64,000 nucleotides of DNA from Alkalispirochaeta sp. (GCA_965601925.1 OZ271854.1:1408001-1472000); one strand, 5' to 3'. Numbered from the stretch's first letter, positions 20,775-31,695 are shown. The notes: generated by a model from the letters alone, not told the origin. A program made the numbers and translations.

Positions 20775-21281
20775 CTACGCGCCGGCTACGACAAAGCGGA
20801 TACCGTGTTCCTCGTCGACGTGGCGCATGAACAGATCGTTATCCGGCGTGTCCTCTTCGAAGATAACCCATATCTTGACCGACCCGTCTACGGGGTGCGG
20901 AGCAAAATGCCATACCGCGCGGTCCAACACCACCGCGTCACCGGCCTGTACCCGAAAGGCGCGTACGGTATCGAAGTCGATCTGCTTCTCGTCGTCGGCC
21001 ATAGGCTTGGCGAGGACGAGGATCACCTCTCCGTCGGCGGGAATCAACGTCTCGGTGGTTCGTACGTGCTGCTCAAAGATCGTGGAGACGGCTTCCGTCT
21101 GTTTGTGCACCTCCACCAGGCCGATTGAGGTAGACGTGTGATTCAATACGGAGAGCTTATTCCAAAACGAGAACTCGATGAGCTTCGCCGCCGGTTCCTG
21201 CTGCCCGGTCCGTACGTAACGCCCGTACCCCGCAAAACTCGACTCCGAGATCTCCTCCACGGAGAGTATACGCGTCTCCAT
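20775..21281 (-). CDS. Ureidoglycolate lyase (AllA)-like cupin protein
   Basis: SFAGYG, FEQHVRTTETLIP and VRAF...AVWHFAP pattern. Confidence 0.7.
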   Translation of the reverse strand: METRILSVEEISESSFAGYGRYVRTGQQEPAAKLIEFSFWNKLSVLNHTSTSIGLVEVHKQTEAVSTIFEQHVRTTETLIPADGEVILVLAKPMADDEKQIDFDTVRAFRVQAGDAVVLDRAVWHFAPHPVDGSVKIWVIFEEDTPDNDLFMRHVDEEHGIRFVVAGA

Positions 21282-21910
21282 TACGACTCCTCCAGTACGG
21301 CGGCAAATCCTTTGATGACAAACGATCCCGCCGTCGCTCCCGGATCGGGCTTGCCGATCGTCTGCTCACGGTAGATCGCCGCCTTTCCGTGCTGCGACAT
21401 CATCCCTCGGGCCGCCTCGAGCCCCGCTTCGCACGCTTCGCGCGCGACCTTGGCGAGGGAGGCCGCGTCGTCACCGGCGGCCACCGACTCGGTCAGCGCC
21501 GTCGCCACCGGATCGAGAACGTCGACAATGGTCTTTTCGCCGGGCTTGGTCTTCCCGCGCTCCATCACTCCGTCGGCGAAGGCGCGGAAAAACGCCGCGA
21601 TGTCCGCGGACTCGAGGGCGGTCTTGCCCCGCACCGCCTTGCCGCCGCGCATGAATCCCGTGGCAACCAACGTTCCCATCGTCGAGGGGGCCGCCTTTGC
21701 CATCGCCATACCGGCCTGAGCAAAGAGCTTTCCGACATCGGTCTCGTCGCTATCGGCGAGGGACTCGTCGGCTGCGGCGAACGCCTTGGTCATGGTGAGA
21801 CCCAAATCTCCGTCTCCGATCGCACTGTCCAACTCGATCAGATGATCACGATTGGCATCCATAAGCTCCCGGATCGCGCGGATCACTTTTTTGGCGCTGC
21901 TGCTATCCAT
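21281..21910 (-). CDS. dhaL: Dihydroxyacetone kinase-family subunit L (DAK2)
   Basis: LDSAIGDGDLG, GEKTIVDVL and DPGA. Confidence 0.9.
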   Translation of the reverse strand: MDSSSAKKVIRAIRELMDANRDHLIELDSAIGDGDLGLTMTKAFAAADESLADSDETDVGKLFAQAGMAMAKAAPSTMGTLVATGFMRGGKAVRGKTALESADIAAFFRAFADGVMERGKTKPGEKTIVDVLDPVATALTESVAAGDDAASLAKVAREACEAGLEAARGMMSQHGKAAIYREQTIGKPDPGATAGSFVIKGFAAVLEES

Positions 21911-21931
21911 ACCGGCGTTCCTTTAGTGCCC

Positions 21932-22942
21932 TTAGAGTTGTCCCTGCTCAAAAAAGGGCGTATCGGCGCCCTTACCCAGGAGGTTTTTCAGCTCATCGTC
22001 GAGCTTCAAGATCGAGATCGAGAACCCGGCCATTTCCAAGGAGGTCGCAAACTCGCCGACGTAGACCTTGAAGACCGACACCCCGTGCGCCTTAAGAATC
22101 TCTGCGACCTTGCGGTAGGCGACGTAGAGTTCCTCCTTCGGCGTTGAGCCGAGGCCGTTCATCAAGACCGAGACCTCGTCGCCCGATCGGTACGGCAGAT
22201 CCGGGAGGATCTTATCCATCATCTCACTTACGACCTCGTCGGCGGGGAGAAGTTTTCCGCGGCGGATGCCGGGCTCACCGTGGATACCCATGCCGATCTC
22301 CATCTCGTCCTCGCCGATAGTAAACGACGGCTTACCCACCTCCGGCACGATTACCGGTGAGAGGGCGACGCCCATCGTCCGGACGTTGGACCCCGCCTTC
22401 TCGGCGATACGCTTCACCTCGTCCAAATCGGCGCCTTCCTCGGCGGCCGCACCGGCGCACTTATAGACGTAGAAGATTCCCGCCACGCCGCGGCGTTTGT
22501 GCTCTTCGCCGGCCGGGGCGCTCGCCACGTCTTCACCGGCGACGTACGACTCGACGCGAATATCTTCCATGTCGGCCATCTCGGTCGCCATATCGAAGTT
22601 CATGATGTCGCCGCCGTAGTTGCCGTAGATGTAAAGAACGCCCTTGCCGCCGTCAATCGCTTTGGTCACCTCCAACATCTGCTCGGCGCTGGGACTCTGA
22701 AAGACGCCGCCGACCGAGCAGCCGTCCAACATGCCCTCTCCCACGTAACCGAGAAAGAGGGGTAAGTGCCCGGAGCCGCCGCCGGTGGCGAGCCCTACCT
22801 TGCCGCTTTTCGGCGCATCGGCGCGTACGATGCAGCGTAGATCGTTCGCGACACTCTTGAGCTTATCCGGGTGAGCGGCGAGGATGCCCTCGAGCATCTC
22901 GTCGACGAACGCTTCCGGCTTGTTGATAAACTTCTTCATCAT
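21932..22942 (-). CDS. dhaK: Dihydroxyacetone kinase-family subunit K (DAK1)
   Basis: GGGSGHLP, NYGGD, RRGVAG, GMGIHGEPG and TSLEMAG. Confidence 0.93.
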   Translation of the reverse strand: MMKKFINKPEAFVDEMLEGILAAHPDKLKSVANDLRCIVRADAPKSGKVGLATGGGSGHLPLFLGYVGEGMLDGCSVGGVFQSPSAEQMLEVTKAIDGGKGVLYIYGNYGGDIMNFDMATEMADMEDIRVESYVAGEDVASAPAGEEHKRRGVAGIFYVYKCAGAAAEEGADLDEVKRIAEKAGSNVRTMGVALSPVIVPEVGKPSFTIGEDEMEIGMGIHGEPGIRRGKLLPADEVVSEMMDKILPDLPYRSGDEVSVLMNGLGSTPKEELYVAYRKVAEILKAHGVSVFKVYVGEFATSLEMAGFSISILKLDDELKNLLGKGADTPFFEQGQL

Positions 22943-22956
22943 CTCGTATCTCCTTT

Positions 22957-24006
22957 TTATGCGACCGTATCCGCCGCAAGACCGGCCTCTCGCCGAGCTT
23001 TGCGTTCGTTCATGATGTAGTTGAAGACCATAACCACGATGAGAAAGACTCCCCAGGTGAAGTCTCGAGCGAAGTTGTTAAAGCGCAGCATATTGAAACC
23101 GCTGGACAGAAACTGCAACGTAATGACGGCGATCGCGACGCCGATCACCCGGCCGAATCCGCCGGCCCAATTGACGCCGGCCAACAGATTTACGAGCACC
23201 GCCTGGAGGATGTAACTCTCGCCGTAGTCCGCCTTGGCCTGATTGGTCCGGGCGATCATGATCAGCCCCGCCACCGACGCCAGTGAAGCGCTCGCCATAT
23301 ATGTCTTGATCAAAACCGACCGCACCTTCACGCCGGCGAATCGTGCGGCGGTGATGTTCGTTCCGATGAGATAGACGCTCACACCGAGCTGTGTCCGCCT
23401 GAGGAGAATCGCCACCAGAACGGCAAAGACGATGAATACATAGAGCGGCATCGGAAATCCGAAGAGCGTACCGTTTCCCAAAAAGAGAAATTGCGCGGGA
23501 AATCCCGGAACGGCAAACCCCTCGGTGATGATGATCGCAATGCCGGAGTACACCTGCCACGTTCCCAACGTCACCAGAACCGGGTGAATATTGAAGGTCG
23601 AGACGAGATAGCCGTTGATGAAACCGGCAATGAGGCCGACTACGAGGGCCACCACGACCGCCGCGGCCAGATAGAGCCATACCGTACCGGTCGCAGCGTC
23701 GGCCGGCAGCGCCTCCGCCATGATCTTGGCCGCAAAGATGCTCGTGAGGTTGGCGGTACCGACCACCGAGAGATCGATGCCGCCGGTGATCATACAGAGC
23801 GTGAGACCCAGGGCCAACAGCCCCAACTCGGGAAACGAATAGGACATGGAACGAAAGTTCCGCATCGTGGCAAAACGCCCCGGGCTGAGTATGGTCATCA
23901 GGAGAAAAATCGATACCGAGATGATAATCAGCCGATTGAGGTTGTCATCGTCGGTCATGAAACGCTTGATAAGCGACCGCCCATGGGAACCGATGTGCGT
24001 CTTCAT
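22957..24006 (-). CDS. Monosaccharide ABC transporter permease
   Basis: GGIDLSV and hydrophobic BPD_transp_2 pattern; ATGA overlap with the upstream permease. Confidence 0.92.
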   Translation of the reverse strand: MKTHIGSHGRSLIKRFMTDDDNLNRLIIISVSIFLLMTILSPGRFATMRNFRSMSYSFPELGLLALGLTLCMITGGIDLSVVGTANLTSIFAAKIMAEALPADAATGTVWLYLAAAVVVALVVGLIAGFINGYLVSTFNIHPVLVTLGTWQVYSGIAIIITEGFAVPGFPAQFLFLGNGTLFGFPMPLYVFIVFAVLVAILLRRTQLGVSVYLIGTNITAARFAGVKVRSVLIKTYMASASLASVAGLIMIARTNQAKADYGESYILQAVLVNLLAGVNWAGGFGRVIGVAIAVITLQFLSSGFNMLRFNNFARDFTWGVFLIVVMVFNYIMNERKARREAGLAADTVA

Positions 24007-24998
24007 ACTCTCTCCTCCCGCGGGCGTGACCGTTGCATGTACTTGATCTGAGGCACCGCGACGGCGACGAGAAGGATGAGCCCCGTCGTGAAGCGTTGCC
24101 AATAGCTCGGGATACCCAACAGAATCAAGCTGTTGTTCATCACGGTAATGAGCATAACTCCGAGAAGCGTTCCGACCACGGTTCCGCGCCCGCCACCGAT
24201 CGTCGCGCCACCGAGAACGGTGGCGGCGATCACGTTGAGCTCACTCCCCACCAGGTCGAACGGGTTGGCGTTACGCACGTGGGCGCTGTGGAGGATTCCG
24301 GCAATACCCGCCAAAAAACCGACATACGTATAGATGAAAAACTCGATGCGTCGAACGCTGAACCCGGCGCGTTCGGTCGCTTGACGGTCACCGCCGAGGG
24401 CATAGACACCGCGGCCGATCGTCGTGTAGCGCAGAATTAGCGCCGTCAGGATCGCAAGCGCGACATAGACGAAAAAGGAGACGTGCAACCCCGTAGTCTG
24501 CCCCGTTTCCATAGTCGTTCGAAAGATCTCCAGACGGCTGTAGTTGACCATGGGCTCGGTCAAGCGGTTGATGATTCGCGTGTTGACGAAGGTCAAGACG
24601 AACCCCTGGTACGCGCTCAACGTCCCGAGGCTCACAATGAGCGTCGGCAATCGGAACGTCGAGATGATGGCGGCGTTGATGAGCCCCAGGAGCACACCGA
24701 TCGCCGCAGAGATCACGAAGGCGAGGATTACCGGCCCCGAATACTCGATCATCTCGAAGAGCTTACCGGTCATGTACATCGACACGACGCCGATCGCCGG
24801 AAAGGAGATATCGATCCCACCGGAGATCAAGACCAACAACACGCCGAGGGCGAATATTCCGGTGACGACGTTACTCTTCAGAAGCCCGAAGAGATTCCCG
24901 ATCGAAAAGAAACTCGGATTGATCACACCCACCAAGAGCGAGAACGCGATGAGAATGAGACCGACGTAAAACTCGTGCATCTTCAACAACTTATTCAT
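24003..24998 (-). CDS. Monosaccharide ABC transporter permease
   Basis: GGIDISF and ELNVIAATVLGG. Confidence 0.93.
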   Translation of the reverse strand: MNKLLKMHEFYVGLILIAFSLLVGVINPSFFSIGNLFGLLKSNVVTGIFALGVLLVLISGGIDISFPAIGVVSMYMTGKLFEMIEYSGPVILAFVISAAIGVLLGLINAAIISTFRLPTLIVSLGTLSAYQGFVLTFVNTRIINRLTEPMVNYSRLEIFRTTMETGQTTGLHVSFFVYVALAILTALILRYTTIGRGVYALGGDRQATERAGFSVRRIEFFIYTYVGFLAGIAGILHSAHVRNANPFDLVGSELNVIAATVLGGATIGGGRGTVVGTLLGVMLITVMNNSLILLGIPSYWQRFTTGLILLVAVAVPQIKYMQRSRPREERV

Positions 24999-25012
24999 CG
25001 TCTCGTTCCACC

Positions 25013-26497
25013 TTACTTGAGCGCCTCGAACTGGGCGACGAGCGCCGCGTCGTCGAATCGATCGCGAAACTCTTTGACCATCTCACCTCTATGCATGACG
25101 AAGATGCGATTACAGTTCCGGACGATCTCGGGAATGTCGTCGCTCATGATTACGACCCCAACGCCCTCAGAGGCCAACTCGCGGAGTTTTTTGTGTATCT
25201 CCTCCTTCGAGCCGACATCCACGCCGACCGTGGGTCCGTTGAGAATGAGTACTTTTGCACCCGCCGCAAGCCACCGCGCGAGAACGATGCGCTGCTGATT
25301 GCCGCCTGAAAGAGCCTGTGCCGGAACCTGCGCCGACGGCGTCGCAATCTTGAGATCCTTGATCCATCGATCCACCGTGGCGTTCGCGGTGCCGAAGTCG
25401 ATAAAACGCAGCTTCGTCTTGATCCGGTCCAAGATGCTCACGAAAATATTATGGGCGATACTCTGCTCGAGAAAGAGGCCCTCGGTGAGACGATCCTCGG
25501 GAACGTAGGCAATGCCGGTATCCACCGCCGCCTGAATAGAATCGATAACGACCCGCCGACCGTTGACCTCGATCGTCCCGCCGTCGGCGGGAAGTACTCC
25601 GAAGAGACTCAGAGCGAGCTCCGTACGACCCGATCCTAAGAGACCTGTAATACCGATGATCTCGCCGGGGTACACGTCGAAGGAGACGTCCTCGAATGCT
25701 CCGACACGCTTGAGACCGGCGACGTGTAGAAGCGGATCGGCGTCACCGTCTGCGTAGACGAATCGCTCCTCCGACACTTCGCGTCCGGTCATGTGATAGG
25801 TTATTTTCGCCTCATCGAAGTCTTTCGCCTCACCCTCGGCCACTTTGCCGCCGTTGCGGAGGATGGTCAGTTTCTCGCTGATATCGAGCACCTCGCGCAG
25901 CTTGTGGCTGACGAAGAGCGTCGCGATTCCCTCGGCTTTTAGGTCGGTGATGACGTCGAAGAGATTCTGTACCTCGTGTTGCGTCAGCGCCGTCGTCGGC
26001 TCGTCCATGATAACCAGTTTGGCGTCGTGCAGGAGCGCTCGGGAGATCGCCACGAGCTGCTTGTCCGCCACCGACAACTCACCCAGAGTGACGTCCAGAG
26101 GGATGTCTACCTTGATGCGCGACAACGCCTCCTCGGCGATCCCGTGCATCGCCTTCCAATCGACCACCCTCTTGCGTTGTTCCAACTGGGTATTGATCGC
26201 CAGGTTTTCGGCGACCGAGAGGTTCGGGAAGAGCGAGAAATCCTGATAGATAACCTGGACTCCCTCGCGAATCGCCTCAATGGGACTCAAGTGTTCATAG
26301 GTGTTGCCGCCGAGTACCAACCGTCCTTCGTCGGCTCGATACACGCCGGCAATCACCTTGATGAGGGTCGACTTTCCCGATCCGTTCTCTCCGGCGAGAC
26401 AGCGAATCTCCCCCGGCTCGATTTCAAGGGAAACGTCCCTGAGGGCATACACTCCGGAAAACCGCTTATGGATTCGTTCAACTCGAATAAAGGCCAT
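25013..26497 (-). CDS. Monosaccharide ABC transporter ATP-binding protein (two ATPase domains)
   Basis: GENGSGKS, DEPTTAL, YVPEDR and LSGGNQQ. Confidence 0.95.
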   Translation of the reverse strand: MAFIRVERIHKRFSGVYALRDVSLEIEPGEIRCLAGENGSGKSTLIKVIAGVYRADEGRLVLGGNTYEHLSPIEAIREGVQVIYQDFSLFPNLSVAENLAINTQLEQRKRVVDWKAMHGIAEEALSRIKVDIPLDVTLGELSVADKQLVAISRALLHDAKLVIMDEPTTALTQHEVQNLFDVITDLKAEGIATLFVSHKLREVLDISEKLTILRNGGKVAEGEAKDFDEAKITYHMTGREVSEERFVYADGDADPLLHVAGLKRVGAFEDVSFDVYPGEIIGITGLLGSGRTELALSLFGVLPADGGTIEVNGRRVVIDSIQAAVDTGIAYVPEDRLTEGLFLEQSIAHNIFVSILDRIKTKLRFIDFGTANATVDRWIKDLKIATPSAQVPAQALSGGNQQRIVLARWLAAGAKVLILNGPTVGVDVGSKEEIHKKLRELASEGVGVVIMSDDIPEIVRNCNRIFVMHRGEMVKEFRDRFDDAALVAQFEALK

Positions 26498-26548
26498 GAC
26501 AACTCGCTATGGAAAAAATGCACTCATCCCGAACGGGTAAGCATGTGT

Positions 26549-26599
26549 GCCGGCCGGCCGGCGGCGCGGTTCGAAACCCGCACCGACCAACCGACCGGC
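26549..26599 (-). terminator. Long GC-rich stem-loop downstream of the SBP gene (mRNA stabiliser or attenuator)
   Basis: GCCGGUCGGUUGG...CCGGCCGGCCGGC pairs best on the minus-strand RNA through G-U pairs; no U tract. Confidence 0.55.
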
Positions 26600-26621
26600 A
26601 TAACTGGAACGAAGAGTCGGA

Positions 26622-27635
26622 TTAGAAGTTGTACTGATCCATGTTCTCTACGGTCACATCGACCCACGCCGAGCCGTAGAAGAGGTTGGGTTTATCGGGA
26701 TCTTGGCGCAGACTCTCATAGCCGGCAAGGCCGAGGTCCGTGCCGTTACCGATCGTCTCTCCGTTGAGGAGACGGACGGCGATCTCGTTCATCGCCATTC
26801 CGGCGACGGCGGGATCCCAGAAGGCGATCATATCGGTGGCGCCGCTTTCCAGATACTGGCCGGCGACCGACACGAGACTGGTACCGACAACGACGACCTG
26901 ATCCTGAAGCCCACGCTCTTCAACCGCGAGACCGGCGCCGGGAGCGGTCGTCATGGCGCTGCCTTGAATACCGCGGATATCGGGGTGCGCGGTCAAAAGC
27001 TCGAGCGTCCTCTCGTAGGCCGTCTGCAGATCGTCGAACTCTTCGATCTTGTTTTCCACGAGCGTCATGTTGGGGAAGTTCGCCTCTTGATAGGCAACCG
27101 CCGCGTCGACCCACTCGTTGTGACTCTTGGACTGGAGGCTTCCGACGAAGGTCGCATACGGTCCCTCACCGCCCATGCGATCGGCGAGGTTCTGCATCAA
27201 GTGCTCTCCGTAACTCGCGTTATCGAACGCCTCGATGATGGCGTCCGCATTTTCCTGCGTTGACGCCTCGTGGCTGACGACGATGATGCCTTCCTGGCGC
27301 GCCCGGGCGAGAACCGGCTCTACCGCCTCGACGGAGAACGGCACGATGGTAATGGCATCGACGCCCTGCGCGATGAGATCCTCGACAATCCGCACCTGTT
27401 CGGCGGCGTCGGCCTGGGACGGACCGAGAAGGAACGTATCGTGACCCGTTTCGGCCCCATACTCCTCGACTCCCACACGCATGCGGTCAAACCACGCGAT
27501 ACCGTCGACCTTCACGACGGTTGCGATCGTATAGGTCTGGTCGCCCGCATCGACTTGTTCTTCTTGCCCGCCGGCAAAGAGCATTCCGCCCGAAAGTACC
27601 AACAGAATAGCGAAGAGAGAGCATACCTTCTTCAT
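26622..27635 (-). CDS. LsrB/RbsB-like sugar ABC substrate-binding protein
   Basis: Signal peptide ending LFAGG; KVDGIAWFDRM, EDLIAQGVDAI and WDP motifs. Confidence 0.9.
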   Translation of the reverse strand: MKKVCSLFAILLVLSGGMLFAGGQEEQVDAGDQTYTIATVVKVDGIAWFDRMRVGVEEYGAETGHDTFLLGPSQADAAEQVRIVEDLIAQGVDAITIVPFSVEAVEPVLARARQEGIIVVSHEASTQENADAIIEAFDNASYGEHLMQNLADRMGGEGPYATFVGSLQSKSHNEWVDAAVAYQEANFPNMTLVENKIEEFDDLQTAYERTLELLTAHPDIRGIQGSAMTTAPGAGLAVEERGLQDQVVVVGTSLVSVAGQYLESGATDMIAFWDPAVAGMAMNEIAVRLLNGETIGNGTDLGLAGYESLRQDPDKPNLFYGSAWVDVTVENMDQYNF

Positions 27636-27897
27636 AAAAACCTCCTTAAAGGATTTAATATGCTTCTGGTGGTCAGTGTAACATGACGCGGCTTCGTGTC
27701 AACAAAAAATGAAAATAATGCTTATAAATACCGCTTGCGACGGCGTCCACGCGCCGAAAATCTAAATCGCGAGCTAAAAACACTTATACTCGTCTATGAA
27801 TCACCTCTATACGACGACCTCGTTCCCGACACCAACTTAATTTTTTTAGTTTTTTAATTGACAGATGTAAAGAGCGGGCATAGGGTATAAGGGACTT

Positions 27898-28950
27898 ATG
27901 GGCACTCGGATAAAAGACATCGCCGAACGAGCGGACGTCTCGATCGCCACCGTATCCCTGGTACTCAACAACAAACCGGGCGTGGGGCAAACGACGCGCC
28001 GTCGAGTACTGGAGATCGCCGAGGAGCTCAACTACTATCAGCGGGGAAATGCGATCACGACCGATCGCGGAACCATCCGATTTCTCAAAATCGCTCGCCA
28101 CGGCCATACGGTTAATCGTGACCACAACGTCTTCATATCCGATTACATCGACGGTATCGTACAGACTGCAAAGGAACTGCGCTACAAGACGGAAATTACC
28201 TCCTTTCAAACGACGCCGATAGAAAAGGTGGCCGACAGCATCCGTCATCAGCACGATCTGAGCGGCGCGATTGTGCTCGGGACCGAGCTTAGCCGGTCTG
28301 ATGTCGCGACGTTCCACAACGTGCCGATTCCGCTGGTCTTCATCGATACTTTTCTCGACTATACTCCCTTCGATTTCGTCGACATGAATAACGAGGATTC
28401 GGTCTTCAGAGTAATCGAGCATTTCCTCGAAAAAGGTCACGCAGAGATCGGCATCGTCCGATCGAGTGTGAAGACGCGCAACTTCTGGCTGCGCGATACG
28501 GCGTTCCAGGCGGCAATGCGTTTCATGGGCCGCCCCATCGAGTCGCAGTTCTCCTTCGATGTCGACTCCACCTTCGACGGCGCGTACTACGATATGAAAG
28601 ACCATCTGCACTCCGGCGCGGTGCTCCCCACGGCGCTTTTTTGCACGAACGACATCATCGCCTTCGGTGTGCTGAAAGCGCTGCGGGAGGCGGGTGCGCG
28701 CGTTCCCGACGACGTGTCGATCATCGGGTTTGACGACTTGCCCGCCTCGGCGCTCCTCGATCCGCCGCTCACCAGCATCGCGGTGTCGAAGCGTGAGATC
28801 GGAAGTACGGCGATGAGCCGTCTCGTACAACGTATCAACGAGCCGTCGATGCCGCCGGTAAAGACGGTCATCGGCGGAACGTTCATGGAGCGATCGAGTG
28901 TGCGTGAACTGGGACCGCCGATCGCCGTTGATTTGAAGCGGACCGACTAA
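27898..28950 (+). CDS. LacI family transcriptional regulator
   Basis: IKDIAERADVSIATVSLVLN and VPDDVSIIGFDD; TTGACA upstream in an AT-rich divergent promoter region. Confidence 0.95.
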   Translation: MGTRIKDIAERADVSIATVSLVLNNKPGVGQTTRRRVLEIAEELNYYQRGNAITTDRGTIRFLKIARHGHTVNRDHNVFISDYIDGIVQTAKELRYKTEITSFQTTPIEKVADSIRHQHDLSGAIVLGTELSRSDVATFHNVPIPLVFIDTFLDYTPFDFVDMNNEDSVFRVIEHFLEKGHAEIGIVRSSVKTRNFWLRDTAFQAAMRFMGRPIESQFSFDVDSTFDGAYYDMKDHLHSGAVLPTALFCTNDIIAFGVLKALREAGARVPDDVSIIGFDDLPASALLDPPLTSIAVSKREIGSTAMSRLVQRINEPSMPPVKTVIGGTFMERSSVRELGPPIAVDLKRTD

Positions 28951-29040
28951 ACGGACACGTAGAGCCGCAGGATCGATACACCGCTTCGTCCGGCGGCATC
29001 CGACCGCGGCGACGCGGCGTAATCCCGCAAAGGAGTCGCT

Positions 29041-30021
29041 ATGATCAAGTATTCAGTCATTCTCGGAAATCTCGGCAATACCAACGATCGTTTTCTTTCG
29101 ACCGGCTACAAGGACCAGCCGCCCAAAGATGAGATGATCCGTCGCGCCGCCGCGATTCAAGGTGTAACCGGTATCGAGCTGGTGGGTAGCTGGGATATCA
29201 CGGCGGAGAACGCCGATCGCATGAAGGAAACCCTTGCCGAGAACGGTCTCGCGTGCGTCTCCATCATTCCCGATATCTTCGGGCACAAGATGTGGGGAAC
29301 GGGCAGCTTTGCCGCCAAGGATCAGGCGACTCGAAAACGGGCGATTCAAGCGACGGTAGAGGCGGCGAGCATCGCGGAACGAATCGGCTGCCCAATGCTC
29401 AACATCTGGCCCGGTCAAGACGGATACGACTACTCGCTTCAGGCCGATTTTCGCACCGAGCGGCGCTGGTTTACCGAGGGAGTTCGCGAGACGGCGCGAC
29501 AGTTTCCCGACCTTCGATTCGCGTTGGAGTACAAACCGAAGGAGCCCCGGACGCACTCCTACCTGGCCCGCGCCGCCGACGCACTTCTCGTAGCCGAGGA
29601 TACGGGTTTGGATAACGTCGGCGTCTGTATCGATGTCGGCCACGCCCTCTACGCCTATGAGAACGTCGCGGAATCGATCGTGATTCTCCAGGAGCGGGGC
29701 GAGCGGCTCTTTCACATGCACTTCAACGATAACTACCGCTACTGGGACGACGACATGATCGTAGGCAGCGTCCACCTCGTCGAGTACATCGAGATGCTCT
29801 TCTGGCTTCGAGAGACGGGCTATGACGGGTGGTACTCCATGGATCAGTACCCGTATCGCGAAGACGGCGCCGGAGCGATCGATGCCAGCGTGCAGTTCCT
29901 ACGCAGCCTCGAGCGGCTGCTCGACGATGCGACGATGAATGAGATCCGGGGACTGATCGGGCGCGGCGACCCGATCGAGGCGTCGCACTGGCTGCGCAAG
30001 AAGATCCTCCCGCAGCCGTAA
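29041..30021 (+). CDS. Xylose isomerase-like TIM-barrel sugar isomerase
   Basis: WPGQDGYDY, EYKPKEPR, DVGH, HFNDN..WDDD and DQYP metal ligands. Confidence 0.88.
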   Translation: MIKYSVILGNLGNTNDRFLSTGYKDQPPKDEMIRRAAAIQGVTGIELVGSWDITAENADRMKETLAENGLACVSIIPDIFGHKMWGTGSFAAKDQATRKRAIQATVEAASIAERIGCPMLNIWPGQDGYDYSLQADFRTERRWFTEGVRETARQFPDLRFALEYKPKEPRTHSYLARAADALLVAEDTGLDNVGVCIDVGHALYAYENVAESIVILQERGERLFHMHFNDNYRYWDDDMIVGSVHLVEYIEMLFWLRETGYDGWYSMDQYPYREDGAGAIDASVQFLRSLERLLDDATMNEIRGLIGRGDPIEASHWLRKKILPQP

Positions 30022-30153
30022 CCCGAGAAATCGTCGCCGTACGTTCGTCGCCACCGCAACTTCGATATCGCTTATCCCGCGCTTCGTTACGTATGGTATC
30101 GCACGCCCGTCTCCCGCGACGGGACAACCGCCGGTACCGACTCGAGGCGGTCC

Positions 30154-31695
30154 CTACTCCACCGTGCGCACCAAGTCGCGCGACAGATCCTTGAGCGCTT
30201 CGTAGGTCGCTTCGTACTGATCCACGTAGACTCGGTACCTTTCGGTGACGGCCGGATCGGGTTCGATAGTGTGGGCGAAACGTACCATCGCTCCGGCGGC
30301 CTCCTGCAGTGATCCGAACACGCCTGCGGCCACGGTGCCGGCAATGGCGCTTCCCAAAGAGACCGCCTGTTGCTCCTCGGGGATAACGATCGGTTTTCCG
30401 GTTATGTCGGCGTGGAGCCGCATCCACAGTTCGCTCCGGGTCGCTCCGCCGGAGGCTATCATCTCTCCGACGGCAAAACCGTGCTCCTCCATACGTCGCA
30501 GTATCACCGCCGTACCGTACACGACCCCCTCCATGATCGCCCGATAGATGTGCGCCGGACCGTGTCTGAGGGTGAGACCCCGAATGACACCGCGAGAGGC
30601 GGCATCCACCCACGGCGTGCGATTTCCCTGCCAGTGTTCCAGAACGACCAACCCTTCGCTCCCCGGTGGAAGCGCTGCGGCTTGCGGGTTGAGCACATCG
30701 TAGATTGAACCGCCGCGCCGAGCGGCCTCCTCGGTGAGGTCCGCACCGATGAAGTTGGAGACAAACCATTTGAGTACCGAGCCGGTCGATATCTGTCCCG
30801 CCTCCACCACATCGTAGCCGGGAATCACCGCGTCGGGAAAACTACCGAAGAGCCCCGGAGCGTGGAGCTCCTTGTCCGTGAGGCCCAGATGAAGCTGGCT
30901 ACTGCCGGTGATGAGCGCCACCTGCCCGGGCTTGAGGGCATTCACGCCGATGACGCCCATGTAGGCGTCCGCACCACCGGCGGCAACCGGTATTCCGGCG
31001 GGAAGTCCCGTCTTTTCCGCCATCTCACGACTCACCGTGCCGGCCACCTCTCCAATGTCGAGTACGCGCGTCGGAAGTTTCGGAAAAATATCGCCGAGAC
31101 CGATCTTTTCATAGAGTGAAGTGGGAAATCCGCCCTCGCGGCGGTTATAAAACCAACGGATCGTCGTGGTGTTGATGTTGGCGGTTATTTCCCCGGTGAG
31201 TCGGTACACGAGCCAGTCGGTGTGCTCAAAGATCGTACCGGCACGATCGTATACCTCGGGTTCGTGGCGTTTGATCCACAAGGTCTTGCAGGGAAACCAT
31301 TCGGCGCTGACCTTACGAAACCCGACATACTTGAGCGCGGGATCTCCGCACCGGCCGATCTCGTCGGCCTCGGCGGCACTACGGATATCCATCCACATGA
31401 TTGCATCACGCAGCGGTCGCCCCGCCTCATCCAGAAAAACCACCGTGCAACTCGTACCGTCGACGCCGACGGCTCGAATGTCGGTGCCGTCGACACCGCT
31501 CTTTCGTATCGCGGTACCGATCGCTTCTACGAGAGAGGCGTCCCACTGGGCGATCGATTGCTCGGCCCATGCCGGTTTCTCGTGAATGTTGGTGTTTGCG
31601 CTCACTCCGAAGGCGATGCAGCGTCCCGTCTCGTCGTAAATACCGGCGCGCACGCTCTCGGTGCCCGCGTCGATGCCAAGTACGTATCCGGCCAT
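30154..31695 (-). CDS. FGGY family carbohydrate kinase (ribulokinase-like)
   Basis: GIDAGTESVRA, DGTSCT, WMD.R, GNRTP, EGVVYG and SGGA. Confidence 0.92.
   Translation of the reverse strand: MAGYVLGIDAGTESVRAGIYDETGRCIAFGVSANTNIHEKPAWAEQSIAQWDASLVEAIGTAIRKSGVDGTDIRAVGVDGTSCTVVFLDEAGRPLRDAIMWMDIRSAAEADEIGRCGDPALKYVGFRKVSAEWFPCKTLWIKRHEPEVYDRAGTIFEHTDWLVYRLTGEITANINTTTIRWFYNRREGGFPTSLYEKIGLGDIFPKLPTRVLDIGEVAGTVSREMAEKTGLPAGIPVAAGGADAYMGVIGVNALKPGQVALITGSSQLHLGLTDKELHAPGLFGSFPDAVIPGYDVVEAGQISTGSVLKWFVSNFIGADLTEEAARRGGSIYDVLNPQAAALPPGSEGLVVLEHWQGNRTPWVDAASRGVIRGLTLRHGPAHIYRAIMEGVVYGTAVILRRMEEHGFAVGEMIASGGATRSELWMRLHADITGKPIVIPEEQQAVSLGSAIAGTVAAGVFGSLQEAAGAMVRFAHTIEPDPAVTERYRVYVDQYEATYEALKDLSRDLVRTVE

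Noticed and set aside
26622..27635. AI-2 quorum-sensing lsr operon
   Set aside because: The SBP is LsrB-like, but there is no LsrR (SorC family), LsrF or LsrG; the context indicates sugar catabolism
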